A DNA stretch of 64,000 nucleotides from Planktothrix sp. GU0601_MAG3. GTDB lineage: Bacteria; Cyanobacteriota; Cyanobacteriia; Cyanobacteriales; Microcoleaceae. Position 1 is the stretch's first letter, and every line of letters starts with the position of its first letter. Below are positions 46,179-62,499 of this stretch, in pieces. The notes under the pieces were generated by a model. The model was given only the letters and a program-made list of their open reading frames with translations, made no database searches and was not told where the DNA came from. A program made the translations under genes and the position numbers. The stretch is taken from NCBI GenBank assembly GCA_035193785.1, contig CP136572.1, positions 32,001 through 96,000 on the forward strand, given 5' to 3'.

Positions 46179-46368
46179 TTACTTAATTTCTTTGTGAAAC
46201 CGTGTGTTTGTTACAGTGGCGACAAAACTTTTTCAGTTCTAAACGTCCTGTTGTATTTCGGCGGTTTTTGGTTGTGGTATACCGAGAAACCCCCTGAGAG
46301 CGCTTATCCGTATTTGTACGGCACTCCGTACATTCGACAGTGATAACAAGGCGAACACCTTTAGCCAT
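46179..46368 (-). CDS. rpmG: 50S ribosomal protein L33; apparent +1 error at 46196-46200
   Basis: ECTEC...[18 protein letters not shown]; corrected end HTVHKEIK*. Confidence 0.96.
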
Positions 46369-46407
46369 AATCTTAGATAGTTGTGATTATTTAAGCACAA
46401 ATATTTA

Positions 46408-46941
46408 TTATTTCATCTCTTGTTTCACTTTGTCAATCAAATAGCGAATTTTAACATCCAGAGAATAACCCCGTCTACTCCCAATCACAATAGTTTGTCC
46501 TATTCGATCATGAACAGTCTGAGGATGGCGACTCGTATCAAATAGCATGGCTCCACAGTCAAATATAATTGGTAGCATCAATAAAAGAATCCCGGCATTT
46601 CCTGTGGTTAAACTTCCTAAACTTAGGAGAAACAGAAAAGCACCTATTCCTATAAACGTCTCTCGTTTTAGCAGTTCTAAAAGCCGAGGAGTTCGGTTCT
46701 GTTGGGAATCAACCACTCGAATATCAAAAGCCCATCGCCCTAAACTCTGTCCTTGGTTTTTAGAGACAACCACAACACGGCAGGTTAACCAACCGATCAT
46801 AAATAGCACAAACAGAGTTACTCCCTTAGCCCCCACCGCAGCACAAAACAACCCAATCAAACTGAAATCCACCCCTAATGCTGCACAACGACGCCAGCTT
46901 GGAACTTTAGGATCAGGTGGAGGGACTAAATCAGAACTCAT
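46408..46941 (-). CDS. RDD family membrane protein
   Basis: WRR..A..VD, GQSLGRW...IRVV, HDRIGQT. Confidence 0.85.
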   Translation of the reverse strand: MSSDLVPPPDPKVPSWRRCAALGVDFSLIGLFCAAVGAKGVTLFVLFMIGWLTCRVVVVSKNQGQSLGRWAFDIRVVDSQQNRTPRLLELLKRETFIGIGAFLFLLSLGSLTTGNAGILLLMLPIIFDCGAMLFDTSRHPQTVHDRIGQTIVIGSRRGYSLDVKIRYLIDKVKQEMK

Positions 46942-46968
46942 AGGCAGTTTAATCTTATCTTTGAAAAC

Positions 46969-47006
46969 ACCAAAGCCCCCCTCCGATAAACCAGAAAGAG
47001 GCTTGG
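46969..47006 (-). terminator. Hairpin just downstream of 23S rRNA
   Basis: ccaaagcccccctc...gaaagaggcttgg imperfect stem. Confidence 0.5.
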
Positions 47007-47080
47007 CTTATTAAGTTTCAGTAATTATAAAATACAAGAAAACTGAAGACTGCATAGAGAATCAGAAGAGTAGTGTAAAT

Positions 47081-49967
<2,887 letters not shown>

Positions 49968-50087
49968 ACTTTCTCTTTTTTAGAGAATTTCTGTTCGTTT
50001 CCGAACTCCTGAACACCAGAACTTTTCCGGGTTTCTTATTCCCGGTTTCTGGTTTCATTTTTTGATCCCTTCTGATTCTTCTATGCA

Positions 50088-50100
50088 GTTTTCAAGGTTC
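50088..50100 (-). promoter_or_regulatory. ITS boxA antiterminator
   Basis: GAACCTTGAAAAC on the minus strand after tRNA-Ala. Confidence 0.75.
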
Positions 50101-50177
50101 TGGCTGGAACTTTTTCCAGCATTTACTCTTTCTTGACGGAAAGCTGTAGTGCTGATTTGTTCTAGGAATATTTTCAG

Positions 50178-50250
50178 TGGAGGTAAGCGGACTCGAACCG
50201 CTGACATCTGCCTTGCAAAGGCAGCGCTCTACCAACTGAGCTATACCCCC
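50178..50250 (-). tRNA. tRNA-Ala(TGC)
   Basis: GGGGGTATAGCTCAG...TTGCAA...GTTCGAGTCC; ITS position. Confidence 0.96.
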
Positions 50251-50262
50251 ACATTGTTTAGG

Positions 50263-50336
<74 letters not shown>

Positions 50337-50454
50337 TTTTTCCGAACTTGAGATACGTTTGAAAGTCTCTTTTTTTTCCTAGCACGACCTTGGGATGACT
50401 TTTGAGGGTGTTATGTTTTGGATTGAACACTCGACTCAAAAGTAGGTCTCCCTA

Positions 50455-51946
<1,492 letters not shown>

Positions 51947-52130
51947 TGAAGAATCTGTTAGCTCTTCTCTTGACTAATTAGATTAGTCATGTTATTTTTG
52001 AGTCATCAACTTTACAGTTGACTCCTCTGTTAGTTTTTTGACTAGGAGTTTGTAAATTCGACTTTCAAACGTATTCTTTTTTCTAGGTTCGGGACGCTCT
52101 CGTCGCTTTCGTTTCTCGAGCGCATTTACT

Positions 52131-52159
52131 AATATATCTAACCTCCACGGTCTTGTCAA
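52131..52159 (-). promoter_or_regulatory. Sigma70-type rrn promoter
   Basis: TTGACA (52159-52154), 17 nt spacer, TATATT (52136-52131). Confidence 0.8.
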
Positions 52160-52410
52160 CCCTTTTTCTGATCTTTTTTTGATTTTTTTCCAAATCCTTC
52201 CCTAGTAAGGGTTCCAGCTAGGTTTGGTTGGGCAAGCCCAAGAAAAAAACTGGACGCGCAACAAAATTCTGCAAAAAATTATTGGACATGGAGCGATAGG
52301 GATTTTGAGCCAAGTTACGACTTTTTAGCCTACAGAAAATTGGAGTTTTCCCTTAGACATAGCACTACGCATTAAAGTTAGGACACTTCTAAAGCCAGCA
52401 AACTCATTCA

Positions 52411-52557
52411 CTGCTTACCTTTCCCTGCTTACCTTTCCCTGCTTACCTTTCCCTGTTCCCTGTTCCCTGTTCCCTGCTCCCTGTTCCCTGTTCCCTGCTC
52501 CCTGTTCCCTGTTCCCTGTTCCCTGTTCCCTGTTCCCTAGTGCGTAGCGCTATAGAG
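52411..52557. repeat. Compound tandem repeat: (CCTGCTTACCTTTC)3 then about 12 CCTGTTC/CCTGCTC heptamers
   Basis: Direct reading; ends in tgcgtagcgctata. Confidence 0.9.
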
Positions 52558-52662
52558 GGACTAAACAGGCATAAAGTTGAGTTCAGTCGAAATCAGGTGA
52601 AAAAAAGGGGCTCTGTAAACACAGAAACCCCATCGTCTTAATTTAGATTGTGAAATTACTTA

Positions 52663-53739
52663 TTAATAAACAGCACCTTGAGATCCGGTGAGATCAATCG
52701 GTTTCATGAAGTACAGGCTGATTAACTGCCATCCGTTGGATAGATAATAGGGCAGTTTTTGGAAGAACTGAACCAGTTTAGGACTGCCGGAATTGGTGAT
52801 GGCGGTCAACTTTTGGTTATTCTGGACACAAACATCCAATCGGTTATAGAACTCAGGATTACTCACATCCAGCATCACGGGGAAAACACGACCGGCGGTT
52901 TGATTGGTTTTCTCAATGACGTGAATATCATAATCCCGGGCATTCAAACCGAGACAGGAGTAGAAGTCCGACCGTTGTAGATCGTTTAAATACATCGTTG
53001 CAAACACAGATAATAAGAAGAAACGACACCAGAGTTTCGCCTTCCAATCATTCAGCATTTGAGGTTGGGATTGCATAATGGCATCGAAGAAGTCGCCATG
53101 ACGGTTTTCATCCTGACACCAATTTTCAAAGAAGCGGAAAATCGGGTAAATCCGGTTTTCGGGATGCGCTTCTAAATGGCGATAAATGGTGATATAGCGC
53201 CAGTACCCAATTTTTTCGGACAAATAGGTGGCGTAGAAAATAAATTTCGGTTTAAAAAACGTGTATTGATGGTTTTTGGTCAAAAATCCTAAGTCTAAGG
53301 AGAGATTAAAATCCGACATCGCTTTATTGAGAAAACCCGCATGACGGGCTTCATCTCGGGACATCAATTCAAAACACTCTGCCAAAACCGGGCTTTTTCC
53401 CTTGAGACGACGGCTCAGTTCTTTATAGAGCAGGAAACCTGAAAACTCGGCGGTGCAGGAACGCTCTAAAAATTCAATGAACAAACCACGAGTATCCCCA
53501 TCAATATGATCCCAGGATTGGTCAAATTGTGCGTCCCGGACAAAGTGATGGCGGTTGTAGTCTACACGAAACTCTTCCAAAATGGCTAAGAGTTCTTCCT
53601 CGTTGACGGAGATATCCATTTTCTCCATTTCCTCAAAATCCGTCGTGTAGAAACGAGGCGTGAGGATGGTTTCTTTGGCTGGGCTTTTTACCCCGGGTCG
53701 GATTTCGTCAAAAGCGGGTTTTGTCAGGGAATCTACCAT
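52663..53739 (-). CDS. acsF: Mg-protoporphyrin IX monomethyl ester oxidative cyclase
   Basis: [32 protein letters not shown]. Confidence 0.96.
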   Translation of the reverse strand: MVDSLTKPAFDEIRPGVKSPAKETILTPRFYTTDFEEMEKMDISVNEEELLAILEEFRVDYNRHHFVRDAQFDQSWDHIDGDTRGLFIEFLERSCTAEFSGFLLYKELSRRLKGKSPVLAECFELMSRDEARHAGFLNKAMSDFNLSLDLGFLTKNHQYTFFKPKFIFYATYLSEKIGYWRYITIYRHLEAHPENRIYPIFRFFENWCQDENRHGDFFDAIMQSQPQMLNDWKAKLWCRFFLLSVFATMYLNDLQRSDFYSCLGLNARDYDIHVIEKTNQTAGRVFPVMLDVSNPEFYNRLDVCVQNNQKLTAITNSGSPKLVQFFQKLPYYLSNGWQLISLYFMKPIDLTGSQGAVY

Positions 53740-54116
53740 GTCTGTTGGATCTCTTTACTTATTGCAGTGTGTTTTAAAGTCAGGAGTTCGCGGGACACTT
53801 CGCCCGTCACCCCGCTTGAGGTTAGGCTTAATTTTGAATTAGCTTAAAATTGCCATGTCATACAGTCTAGCAACCTATATACCCAAAAAAGAGGTTGTTG
53901 GCGTTAAGAATTGCAACAAAATCCGGTATTGCTTGACAATTGACCAGGAATAGTCGGTTGATTTTCCCTCTACAAATGCTTTTGTCTGCTTCTGACAATC
54001 GAGGCCCAAGATCTGCTAAATTGGATGGATGAACTATACTCAAAAATCGCTCAATTCCCATTGTCTAAATGATCCCCTGGATCACGGAATTGTTTTGTCC
54101 TTCCCATAGGTAACGG

Positions 54117-55212
54117 ATGCCAGCAACATTCATCCATCAATTTAGTAGCGGTTTTACACTGTTTCTCAGCCTACTGGTAGAAGCGATCCCGTTTCTGATG
54201 TTAGGGGTTTTGTTTTCCAGTGTGCTGTTGTGGTTTGTCGATGAACGGAAACTTTTGTCTTATATTCCTCCCCATCCCCTGTTAGGGGCATTTGCGGGCA
54301 GTTTAGTCGGGTTTCTGTTTCCTGTGTGCGAATGTGGTAATGTTCCGGTGGCCCGGCGGTTAATTTTGCAGGGAGTTCCCTCATCGGTGGCAATTGGCTT
54401 TTTATTCGCTGCCCCCACTATTAACCCGATTGTGATCTGGTCAACCTGGGTTGCCTTCCGAGATCAGCCGGAAATCGTGGTTTTACGGGTTTTATTTTCC
54501 TTAACTATTGCCACGACTTTAGGCTGGTTATTTAGTGTCCAGAAGGACTTAAGACCCCTAGTTTCAACCTGTGATCGCCCGGGCGTTACCTATTGTTGAC
54601 CTACCTCAACCGCCAGAGTCTGAGGTTGCGGTTTCCCCCCTACTCCAGTCGGGAACCTATTTTTTGGGGGAGTCGGCGCAACCCACTCGCCTTGAGTCCC
54701 TTCCCGCTTGGAAAACTCAAAATCTGCTCAAGACCAAAAAAAAGGCATCTGTTAGTCTTAAACCCGCCCTTCCTTTTTGGAAAACAATATTTTTCACCCC
54801 GACCAAAGAGCGTTGGGATTCCATGTTGGAAAATATGGTGCAGGAATTTCGAGAATTAGGGGGAGTATTAGTATTAGGAAGTTTTATCGCTGCTTTGATC
54901 CAAGTCGCAGTTCCCAGGGAATTTATTCTGAATTTAGGTCAAAGTCCCGTCACATCTATTCTGGCAATGTTATTGTTAGCGGGAGTGGTTTCTATTTGTT
55001 CAACGGTTGATTCCTTTTTTGCCCTATCTTTTTCCTCGGCATTTACCAGTGGATCGCTATTAGCATTTTTAGTATTTGGGCCGATGATTGATATTAAAAC
55101 CGTGGGATTAATGCTATCGGTTTTTAAAGCTAGGGCGGTTTTTTATATGGTGATTCTTGCTTTTCAATTAACCTTTTTATTCACTCTGGTTGTTAACTTA
55201 AATTTCAGTTGA
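54117..55212 (+). CDS. DUF318/YcgR-like permease; apparent +1 error at 54561-54565
   Basis: PVCECGNVP, AAPTINP, SICSTVD, GPMIDIK. Confidence 0.88.
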
Positions 55213-55236
55213 TTTGGCTTTGGAGTTCCACCCAAT

Positions 55237-56032
55237 ATGACGCACCTGACTCAAGGATTGACCCGCTTCTACCATAGATTTTCCCCAGGTTTAGAAAACC
55301 CTTGGTTAGATGTAGTTGCCCTGTTCGTTTGGGGAATTTTATTATTAAAATATTGGATTAGTGGAAAACTCTACATTCTCATCCATCCTAACTATTTTGG
55401 CCTGTCGATTGTTACGGGGATTCTACTATTGATTTTAGGAGGATTAAAAGCTAAACAAATTATTCAACAAAGCTCCGTAAGTTCCTCTGCTCCTGTACAA
55501 CATATCAGCTTATTTCCTAAGGGCTGGGGTAGTTTATTATTAATCATAACCGCCTGTTTGGGATTATTTATTACTCCCCAAACCTTCGGGGCGCAAGCAG
55601 CATTAAAACGAGGTTTAACTGAATCTTTACCCATAACTCGCGCTCAACCCCAGAAGTTTAGAAACCGCAATTCAACCCGAAAATCGCTCTTTAATTGAAT
55701 GGGTGAGATTACTTAATGTTAATCCTGAACCCGATGCTTATACAGATCAAAAAGCAAAAATTATCGGGTTTGTAATCTACCCTCCCAATTTACCGGAAAA
55801 TTATATTTGGTTAGGAAGATTTGTTCTGACCTGTTGTGCGGCGGACGCTTATCCCGTAGGACTTCCGGTTTTGCTTCCCGAAGGAAAATCAAGAGAATTA
55901 TATCCTCAAGATACTTGGTTAGAAATTGAAGGAACAATGTTTACCGAAACCTTTAATAACCAACGGAAATTAACTCTTAAAGCCCAAACAGTTAAAGCTA
56001 TTCTCCCACCTAAAAATCCCTACGATTATTAA
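55237..56032 (+). CDS. TIGR03943/YcgQ-like permease subunit; apparent +1 error at 55661-55665
   Basis: LIHP.Y, RFVLTCCAADA, P.NPY. Confidence 0.88.
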
Positions 56033-56071
56033 ACCGTAGTAAGCCCTTCAGGGCTGATTATCCTCAATCCT

Positions 56072-57595
56072 ATGAACAATACTCTCTCAAAGTTTAAACA
56101 ATTAAAATGGGTTCAACCCTTAGATCAAGCCGCTTGGATTTTAATGGCGGTTTTAACAGTATTAATCGGAATTGTTTTATTAACAGGCGATCGCACCACT
56201 CCCCAAGTTAGGGAATTTACCTGGCAAAATAAACAAATTGGTGCAGAAGATATGGGATTTTTACTTAATTTTAATCGTCCCATGAATCGAGAAAGTGTGG
56301 AAAAAAACCTGCAAATTGATCCACCTTTACCTGGTAAAATCAGTTGGGCGGGACGACGCATGGCTTATACTTTATCGGAACCTGTCCCCTATGGAACCCC
56401 CTTTAGTGTGCAGTTAAAGGGAGCTAGAGATCATTTATATGGTGATAAACCAGGAACATTAATTCAACCCTTTAATGGCTTTTTTAGAAGTCGCGATCGC
56501 GCCTTTGCTTATATTGGAGTTCAGGACAATCAAGAAGGAAGATTAGTTTTAGTTAATCTGAGTGAAAAAGAACCTAAACCGATTATTTTAACGCCTGAAA
56601 GTTTAGTTGTTTTAGATTTTAAACCCTATCCTAAAGGCGATAAAATCCTGTTTTCTGCTATTAATAAAACCGAACAAAAACAAGGAACAATTTCCCCTGA
56701 ATTATATACTATTACCACGGGAATAAATCCTCAATCTCCAGGAGAAGATACTGAAACTGTGGAATCAGTAGGAAAAATTGAAAAGATTTTAGATGCTAAA
56801 TATTATCGCAATTTAAAATTTGATTTATCCCCGGACGGTAACATAATTGTTGTGCAACGGGTAAGTCAAACTAATCCTAATGATGCGAGTCCTTGGTTTA
56901 TTGAAAACGGAAAATCTCCTAAACCCTTAAATATCCAGGGTGGAGACTTTTTAATTGCCCCGGATAGTCAATCTTTGGTTATTGCTCAAGGGCCAGATTT
57001 AACCACAATTTTACCTCTAAAACCCGATGCAAAACCCCTAGAATTTTTACCGAAATTTGGTCGAGTTTTAGGATTTGCCCATGATGGTAGTGCGGCGGCG
57101 ATGTTGAAATTTAATCCCGATGGGACGCGATCGCTATTTATAGTTAATAACCAAGGACAAGAACTTGAACTTTATCGCACCCCACCTTTTGGGAATATCA
57201 TTAGTGCCGAATTTGACCCCAGTAATAGCCTGTTATATTGTTTAATTACCGAAGTTTTGGATAATCCCGAAGTCTATAAAGAACAGCCTTATATTGTGGC
57301 AATTGATATCAAAACCAAACAAGTTGTTCCCTTTGTGATTTTACCGAATCAACAAGAAATTAATATCAGTTTGTCTCCCGATGGATTAGCCTTACTGTTT
57401 GATCAAACTGTTATTGAAATAGGGGAATCAGATAATCTGAATCAATCCACAAAAACCCAAGGAGGAGATAGAATTAAAACCAGTCGGATCTGGATTTTAC
57501 CCGTAATAATAGATACGCCCACCGATGGTTCTAAACCTCAAGTTAAACCCGAAGAATTGCCCTTTTTTGGTTTCCATCCCCAATGGCTACCCTAA
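56072..57595 (+). CDS. Membrane-anchored Ig-like plus beta-propeller protein
   Basis: N-terminal TM; FNRPMNRESVE Ig-like motif; repeated SPDG. Confidence 0.75.
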   Translation: MNNTLSKFKQLKWVQPLDQAAWILMAVLTVLIGIVLLTGDRTTPQVREFTWQNKQIGAEDMGFLLNFNRPMNRESVEKNLQIDPPLPGKISWAGRRMAYTLSEPVPYGTPFSVQLKGARDHLYGDKPGTLIQPFNGFFRSRDRAFAYIGVQDNQEGRLVLVNLSEKEPKPIILTPESLVVLDFKPYPKGDKILFSAINKTEQKQGTISPELYTITTGINPQSPGEDTETVESVGKIEKILDAKYYRNLKFDLSPDGNIIVVQRVSQTNPNDASPWFIENGKSPKPLNIQGGDFLIAPDSQSLVIAQGPDLTTILPLKPDAKPLEFLPKFGRVLGFAHDGSAAAMLKFNPDGTRSLFIVNNQGQELELYRTPPFGNIISAEFDPSNSLLYCLITEVLDNPEVYKEQPYIVAIDIKTKQVVPFVILPNQQEINISLSPDGLALLFDQTVIEIGESDNLNQSTKTQGGDRIKTSRIWILPVIIDTPTDGSKPQVKPEELPFFGFHPQWLP

Positions 57596-57669
57596 AATAG
57601 TAGTAAGCCCTTTAGGGCTAAGAGAGTCCTAAAGGACTCACTACGAAATTAACTAATGAGTGTAAAAAT

Positions 57670-58684
57670 ATGAGAGTCAAGTTTAATATTGTCCGCCAAA
57701 GCCCTAATACCTCAAAAGAGGTGCAAAGTTATTTCCTCGATGTTGAACCAGGAAATACTATTTTGGACTGTCTTAACCGAATTAAATGGGAACAAGACGG
57801 GACTTTAGCCTTTAGAAAAAACTGTCGTAATACCATTTGTGGCAGTTGTTTCCATGGGAATTAATGGCCGTTCTGCCTTAGCTTGTAAGGAAAATATTGG
57901 TAGTGAAGTCGCCCGTTTACAAAAAATTGCCGCGGCGAACTCCGCACAAATCCCATCGAATGATATCCCAGAAATGACTATTGCCCCGATGGGGAATTTT
58001 CCTGTGATTAAAGATTTGGTGGTGGACATGAACCGTTTTTGGGACAACTTGCAAACCGTTGAACCCTATATTAGTACCGCAGGTCGGGCTATTCCTGAAC
58101 GGGAATTTCTGCAAACCCCGGAAGAACGGGCTAAACTTGACCAAATGGGCAATTGTATCCTCTGTGGAGCTTGTTATTCCGAATGTAACGCCGTAGAAGT
58201 TAACCCCGATTTTGTCGGGCCCCACGCCCTGGCTAAAGCCCAAAGGATGGTGGCTGACTCCCGGGACGCCAAAACCGAACAACGCTTAGAACACTATAGC
58301 GAAGGAACTAACGGGGTTTGGGGCTGTACCCGTTGCTTTAACTGTAATTCCGTTTGTCCGATGGAGGTGGCCCCCATGGATCAAATTACCAAAATTAAAC
58401 ATGAAATTCTCGAACGCAAAGATGCCAGCGCCAGCCGTCCCATCCGCCACCGGAAGGTTTTAGTGGAATTGGTCAAACAAGGAGGTTGGGTAGATGAACG
58501 CAAATTTGCTGTAATGGTAGTTGGGAATTATTTCCGTGATCTCAAGGGGTTACTCAGCTTAGGGCCCGTAGGAATGCGGGTGATCACCCGGGGTAAGTTT
58601 CCCTTGACTTTTGAACCCTCCCAAGGGACAAAAACCGTGCGATCGCTAATTCAATCTATTCAAGACTTAGAAAAACAACCATGA
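57670..58684 (+). CDS. sdhB: Succinate dehydrogenase iron-sulfur subunit; apparent +1 error at 57848-57852
   Basis: CRNTICGSC, CILCGAC...C, CTRCFNC...CP. Confidence 0.94.
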
Positions 58685-58860
58685 CTTCTTCCACACCTTC
58701 TACTCCAACGCCATCCAACCCCCAACCCGAACCCGCCATGGGTTGGACTCGTTATGCTGAACAAATTAATGGCCGTTTTGCGATGTTGGGATTTGTTCTA
58801 TTAATTGTATTAGAATTTTTTACCCATCAAGATTTATTCACCTGGTTGGGTTTACGTTAG
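58681..58860 (+). CDS. High-light-inducible protein (HLIP/CAB family), 59 aa, missing from the ORF track
   Basis: MTSSTPSTPTPSNPQPEPAMGWTRYAEQINGRFAMLGFVLLIVLEFFTHQDLFTWLGLR*; ExxNGRxAM motif. Confidence 0.92.
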   Translation: MTSSTPSTPTPSNPQPEPAMGWTRYAEQINGRFAMLGFVLLIVLEFFTHQDLFTWLGLR

Positions 58861-58950
58861 GTTTTGTAGAGGCGTTTTATATAACGTCTCTACGGATTTA
58901 ATGACCTCATATTCAAAACAATTCTTTTTGTTATAAACCTAGAAATCAAA

Positions 58951-60182
58951 TCAACGAACTTTCAATACCTTAACAATATCCCCCGGATTAATTTGAGATT
59001 GACCAATAGGTAAAACCGCTAACCCGGTTGTTTGTGCCAAATTAATTAAATTGCCAGAAATTTGACTTCCGGGTGCTAATTGAAATTCATATTCCCCATC
59101 CACTAAACATAATTGACCCCATACATAAATTTCCCGTTTTCCTCCTGCTTTTAACTCTTGACGCGATCGCGCCTTAATAAATTCTGGCCCCCAAAATTGA
59201 GATAATAACCCCGATTGTTTTTTAATTGCAGGTTGAACAAACCGCCAGAAAGTTACCAAAGCTGAAACTGGATTTCCGGGTAAACCAAAATATAAACAAT
59301 TCGGGAATTTGGCTACTGTCAAAGGTTTTCCAGGTTTAATTGCAACAGATTGAATATGAATTGTTCCACCCAATTCCGTTAAAATTTCCTCAACATAATC
59401 ATAATCCCCAACAGAAACCCCCCCGGTTGAGATCACAATATCGGCTGTTTCTATCGCTTGAGAAATAGCCTTTTTTAACACCTCCGGTCGATCAGGAATT
59501 ATCCCCAATGCGATCGGTTTTCCGCCCCTAAATTCCTAACCGCCGTTGCCAAAGCATACTGATTAGAGTCTACTAATTGTCCCCGTTGTAAAGGGGTATC
59601 GGGGGTGACTAATTCATCCCCCGTTGATAATAACGCCACCCGCAAGCGCCGATAAACTGGAACCTGGGTACATTGTGCCGCCGCTAATACCGCAATCTCC
59701 GCAGCATCCAGAGGAATGCCAGGAGTAAGCAGGGATTCTCCGGCTTGATAATATGATCCTTGATGTCTAATAAAAGCCTGGGGTTGGGGAGACGATAAAA
59801 TTTTAACCTGATTTCCGTCCCGTTTTGTTTCCTCCTGAATCACAATAGTATCCGCACCCTTGGGAATACAAGATCCCGTAAAAATTCGGGCAGTTTGTCC
59901 CATTTGAATCGTAGATTTAGGAGTAGATCCAGCCGGGATTTCTTCAATAATTTCTAATAGTTTAGGACGGTCTATGGAAGCATCCGCAACATCTTGATAT
60001 CGGACAGCATATCCATCCATTGCCGAATTATCCCAATGGGGAAAATCCAATGAACTGATAACTGATTTAGCCAAAATTCGACCAGAAACTTGAGTTATTG
60101 CCACCTTTTCTTGATCGCTTTCAGTATTCAGAGGTTGGACTAAATTTAATATTATTGATTCTGCTTGTTCTACGGTTAACAT
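58951..60182 (-). CDS. moeA: Molybdopterin molybdotransferase MoeA; apparent +2 error at 59517-59522
   Basis: SAMDGYAV, STGDEL, TGGVSVGDYD, KPGKP, LPGNP. Confidence 0.95.
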
Positions 60183-60403
60183 AATTTTTTATAGGATTAA
60201 CTAAAGTTCACTATCTCCTTTTTCCAGCCCTTAGTGATACGGATCACAAAAAAAGAGGGAATTGATCATCATCCTGCCCAGATTAGTGTCACTGAAATTT
60301 ATCATAACTTTAGCCATTATTAAGGGAGAATAAAATAAATACTAATTACAGCAATCTCTGAGTTTTAAGATTATAATTTATCAACCCCTCGCCTTACCGT
60401 AAT

Positions 60404-60677
60404 ATGACTATAATCAAACCAAACCGGACTAAAAGTATCATCCCCGATCCCGAGGATTGGATCACAGAGCATTATGTATTAGCGAGTTTTGCCAACACCC
60501 TAAGCACCCTAAAACAACTTTTAGGGGATGAAGACACTCAGACCGATCACAAAATTGCCTATAACCACGAAGGGGAATTAGTAATTGGAAACTGCAACCC
60601 GGAATCTGTTAAAAGAAAGCTACGGCGATGACCATTGGCAGTATGTTGAAAATTATCTGTCAGTGTGTGAGTGTTAG
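60404..60677 (+). CDS. Small hypothetical protein (75 aa as read, or 90 aa if GAAAC at 60588-60592 is corrected)
   Basis: Isolated ORF in a gap; no recognised motif. Confidence 0.4.
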
Positions 60678-60757
60678 GGATTAGGTGATCATATCCAGAT
60701 CTTTGTCCTTGTCAATATAAAAGGATAGATTGTTGAGCCTGATTATGATTGAAAATA

Positions 60758-60770
60758 CAGGACTTACGCA
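60758..60770. mobile_element. Solitary IS terminal inverted repeat CAGGACTTACGCA
   Basis: Same 13-mer as at 10317. Confidence 0.45.
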
Positions 60771-60888
60771 GCTAGGCTATATTTAGATTAGCAGGAGCTA
60801 CGGATACTGGATTGTTGATGTAAAGAAAACTGATAAAGGTGCATCCCTGGGTTTATATTCGTTGTTCTCTGGTTAGCTTAAATTAGAA

Positions 60889-61272
60889 CTATCTGATCCC
60901 AACTTGTGCTAATGCCTGAAACAGAATTGAATTAATAAAACTCAGGGCTAAAGCTCCAATTATAGCACTCCAAAAGCCCCAACGTAAACGAAATCCCTCC
61001 ACCAGTTTAGCTGCTAAGGCAAACATGGCAACGTTGAGAATAAATGAAACAAAAGATCCGGCAAAAATCAAAGTTGCTGGAGCTATAATTAATGCTAGAA
61101 TTGGACGGATTAAAGCGTTAACAATTCCAAAAACCGCCGCCGAAATTAAAGCTTTTTTGAAATCCTCAATTTCAACTCCAGTAAATTGACTCAGTAAAGC
61201 AATCAAATATAAACTAACGGCTGTTACTAACCAAGCAATTAACAAACTAACTAACATTTTGGGAACTCCCAT
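60889..61272 (-). CDS. YvlD-like / 4-TM phage holin family membrane protein
   Basis: GIVNALIRPIL...LVEGF..GFWSAIIGA. Confidence 0.85.
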   Translation of the reverse strand: MGVPKMLVSLLIAWLVTAVSLYLIALLSQFTGVEIEDFKKALISAAVFGIVNALIRPILALIIAPATLIFAGSFVSFILNVAMFALAAKLVEGFRLRWGFWSAIIGALALSFINSILFQALAQVGIR

Positions 61273-61407
61273 ACTTTGGTAACGCCTGATTCTACCCCTA
61301 ATTCATCACATTCTAAAGATAAACTTATAAAATCTTTATTTTTCCTTAATAAAATTTAAAAAAAATCGCCCCGTACCAGTCATTAGTCCGGGGTTAACCT
61401 TCAGAAA

Positions 61408-62499
61408 TTAAACATTAAATCGGAATAACAGTACATCTCCTTCTTGGACAATATATTCTTTTCCTTCACTGCGAACTAATCCTTTTTCCTTCGCAGCATT
61501 CATCGAACCCGTCGCCACCAAATCCTTATAGGCTACCGTTTCCGCCCGAATAAATCCCCGTTCAAAATCAGAGTGAATCACTCCGGCGGCTTGGGGTGCA
61601 GACATTCCGGCTTTAATTGTCCAGGCGCGAGTTTCTTTCGGGCCAGTAGTTAAATAGGTGCGTAATCCCAATAATTCATAAGTGGCTTTAATTAAGGATT
61701 TTAAGCCTCCTTCTTTTACTCCTAAAGAGGCTAAAAAGTCGGTTCGTTCTTCTTCCGACAAATCCACTAATTCCGCTTCTACCTGTGCCGAAATAACTAC
61801 TACTTGGGCATTATCTAATTTAGCAACTTCTCTAACTTTTTCAACCTGTTTATTTCCCGTTGCTAAGTCATCTTCTGAGACATTTGTTGCATAAATTACT
61901 GGTTTTTGGGTGACTAAACCTAAGCCTTTCACCGCTTCTAATTCTTCTTCAGTTAATACTGCTTGGCGGGCGGGTTTTCCTTCATTTAATAAAACCGCAA
62001 TTTTTTCTAAACCATTTACTTCAATTTGGATTTCTTTATTAGTTCTAGCTTGTTTACGGGCGCGGTCGATGCGTCTTTCAACTTGAGATAAATCCGATAG
62101 GGCTAATTCTAAATTAATAATATCAATATCTCGCAAAGGATCAACAGAACCCGCAACGTGAATAATATCATCATTTTCAAAGCAGCGAACTACATGAACA
62201 ATGGCATCCACTTCTCGAATATGGGATAAAAATTGATTCCCTAAACCCTCTCCTTGACTCGCACCTTTGACTAAACCAGCAATATCGACAAATTCCATCC
62301 GAGTCGGAACAATTTGTTGAGAATTGACGATTTTTGCTAACACATTCAACCGTTCATCAGGAACTGCGACAACGCCGACATTCGGTTCAATAGTACAAAA
62401 GGGAAAGTTAGCAGCAGTCGCCTTAGCATTGGCAACTAAAGCGTTAAATAATGTCGATTTACCAACGTTGGGGAGTCCAACAATTCCGGCTCTTAGCAT
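61408..62499 (-). CDS. ychF: Redox-regulated ATPase YchF
   Basis: GIVGLPNVGKSTLFN, DIAGLV, GVIHSDFERGFIRAE. Confidence 0.97.
   Translation of the reverse strand: MLRAGIVGLPNVGKSTLFNALVANAKATAANFPFCTIEPNVGVVAVPDERLNVLAKIVNSQQIVPTRMEFVDIAGLVKGASQGEGLGNQFLSHIREVDAIVHVVRCFENDDIIHVAGSVDPLRDIDIINLELALSDLSQVERRIDRARKQARTNKEIQIEVNGLEKIAVLLNEGKPARQAVLTEEELEAVKGLGLVTQKPVIYATNVSEDDLATGNKQVEKVREVAKLDNAQVVVISAQVEAELVDLSEEERTDFLASLGVKEGGLKSLIKATYELLGLRTYLTTGPKETRAWTIKAGMSAPQAAGVIHSDFERGFIRAETVAYKDLVATGSMNAAKEKGLVRSEGKEYIVQEGDVLLFRFNV

Noticed and set aside
53843..54116. Zur box upstream of the permease operon
   Set aside because: No convincing TGATAAT-N-ATTATCA palindrome was seen.
60889..61272. Holin as evidence of a prophage
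   Set aside because: The family is common as a stand-alone host membrane protein; no phage genes lie nearby.
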